Assembly (NCBI GenBank): GCA_045614485.1 | Contig: JAZLCY010000015.1 | Location: 1 to 37,462, forward strand | Source of the DNA: Eubacteriales bacterium | GTDB lineage: Bacteria > Bacillota > Clostridia > Oscillospirales > CAG-272 | Reading direction: 5' to 3' | DNA: 37,462 nucleotides | Part shown: positions 37,426-37,462 of the stretch, piece after piece | How the letters are laid out: each line of letters opens with the position of its first letter | Position numbering within the stretch: the first letter of the stretch is position 1 | Program-made: the position numbers and the translations under genes | The notes under the pieces: model-generated | What the model was told of the DNA's origin: nothing | Seen by the model: only the letters and a program-made list of their open reading frames with translations | Database searches by the model: none

Positions 37426-37462
37426 TTACCCATCCTCCATGCTATATTTTAGCACCTCAGGG

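Noticed and set aside
1-37462. CRISPR array, IS, integrase, prophage or defence island
   Set aside because: No regularly spaced direct repeats and no transposase, integrase, phage or nuclease motifs seen in the ORF track.

Overview
Core-chromosome window from a low-GC anaerobic Firmicute, most likely Clostridia (Oscillospirales-like). It is probably a spore former, given sigH-like, gpr, DUF421/DUF4363 and a stand-alone amidase. The window opens inside the 5' end of a minus-strand 16S rRNA gene with its leader and a consensus promoter. Housekeeping genes follow: a TIGR03960/TIGR03936 radical-SAM pair, rlmB, an orphan OppA, gpr, obgE, der, DUF512, cysS, ftsK, DJ-1, ttcA, an HPr-like protein, T-box-controlled thrS, two BspA-type LRR lipoproteins, a cysteine desulfidase-like protein, miaA, MATE and a queG-like gene. 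I saw no mobile element, prophage or CRISPR array. The most unusual signal is a 63-nt tRNA-shaped element (7922-7984, minus strand) with recognisable acceptor, D and T arms but a stunted anticodon arm. It sits between the sigH-like stop codon and a CxxC-x17-CxxC zinc-ribbon gene, apparently in one transcript. Also notable are an apparently catalytically dead P1B-ATPase-like membrane protein, an amidase lying antisense inside a probable operon, a His15-less HPr and a T-box with no room for Stem II. All family calls come from motif recognition by eye; no database searches were run.
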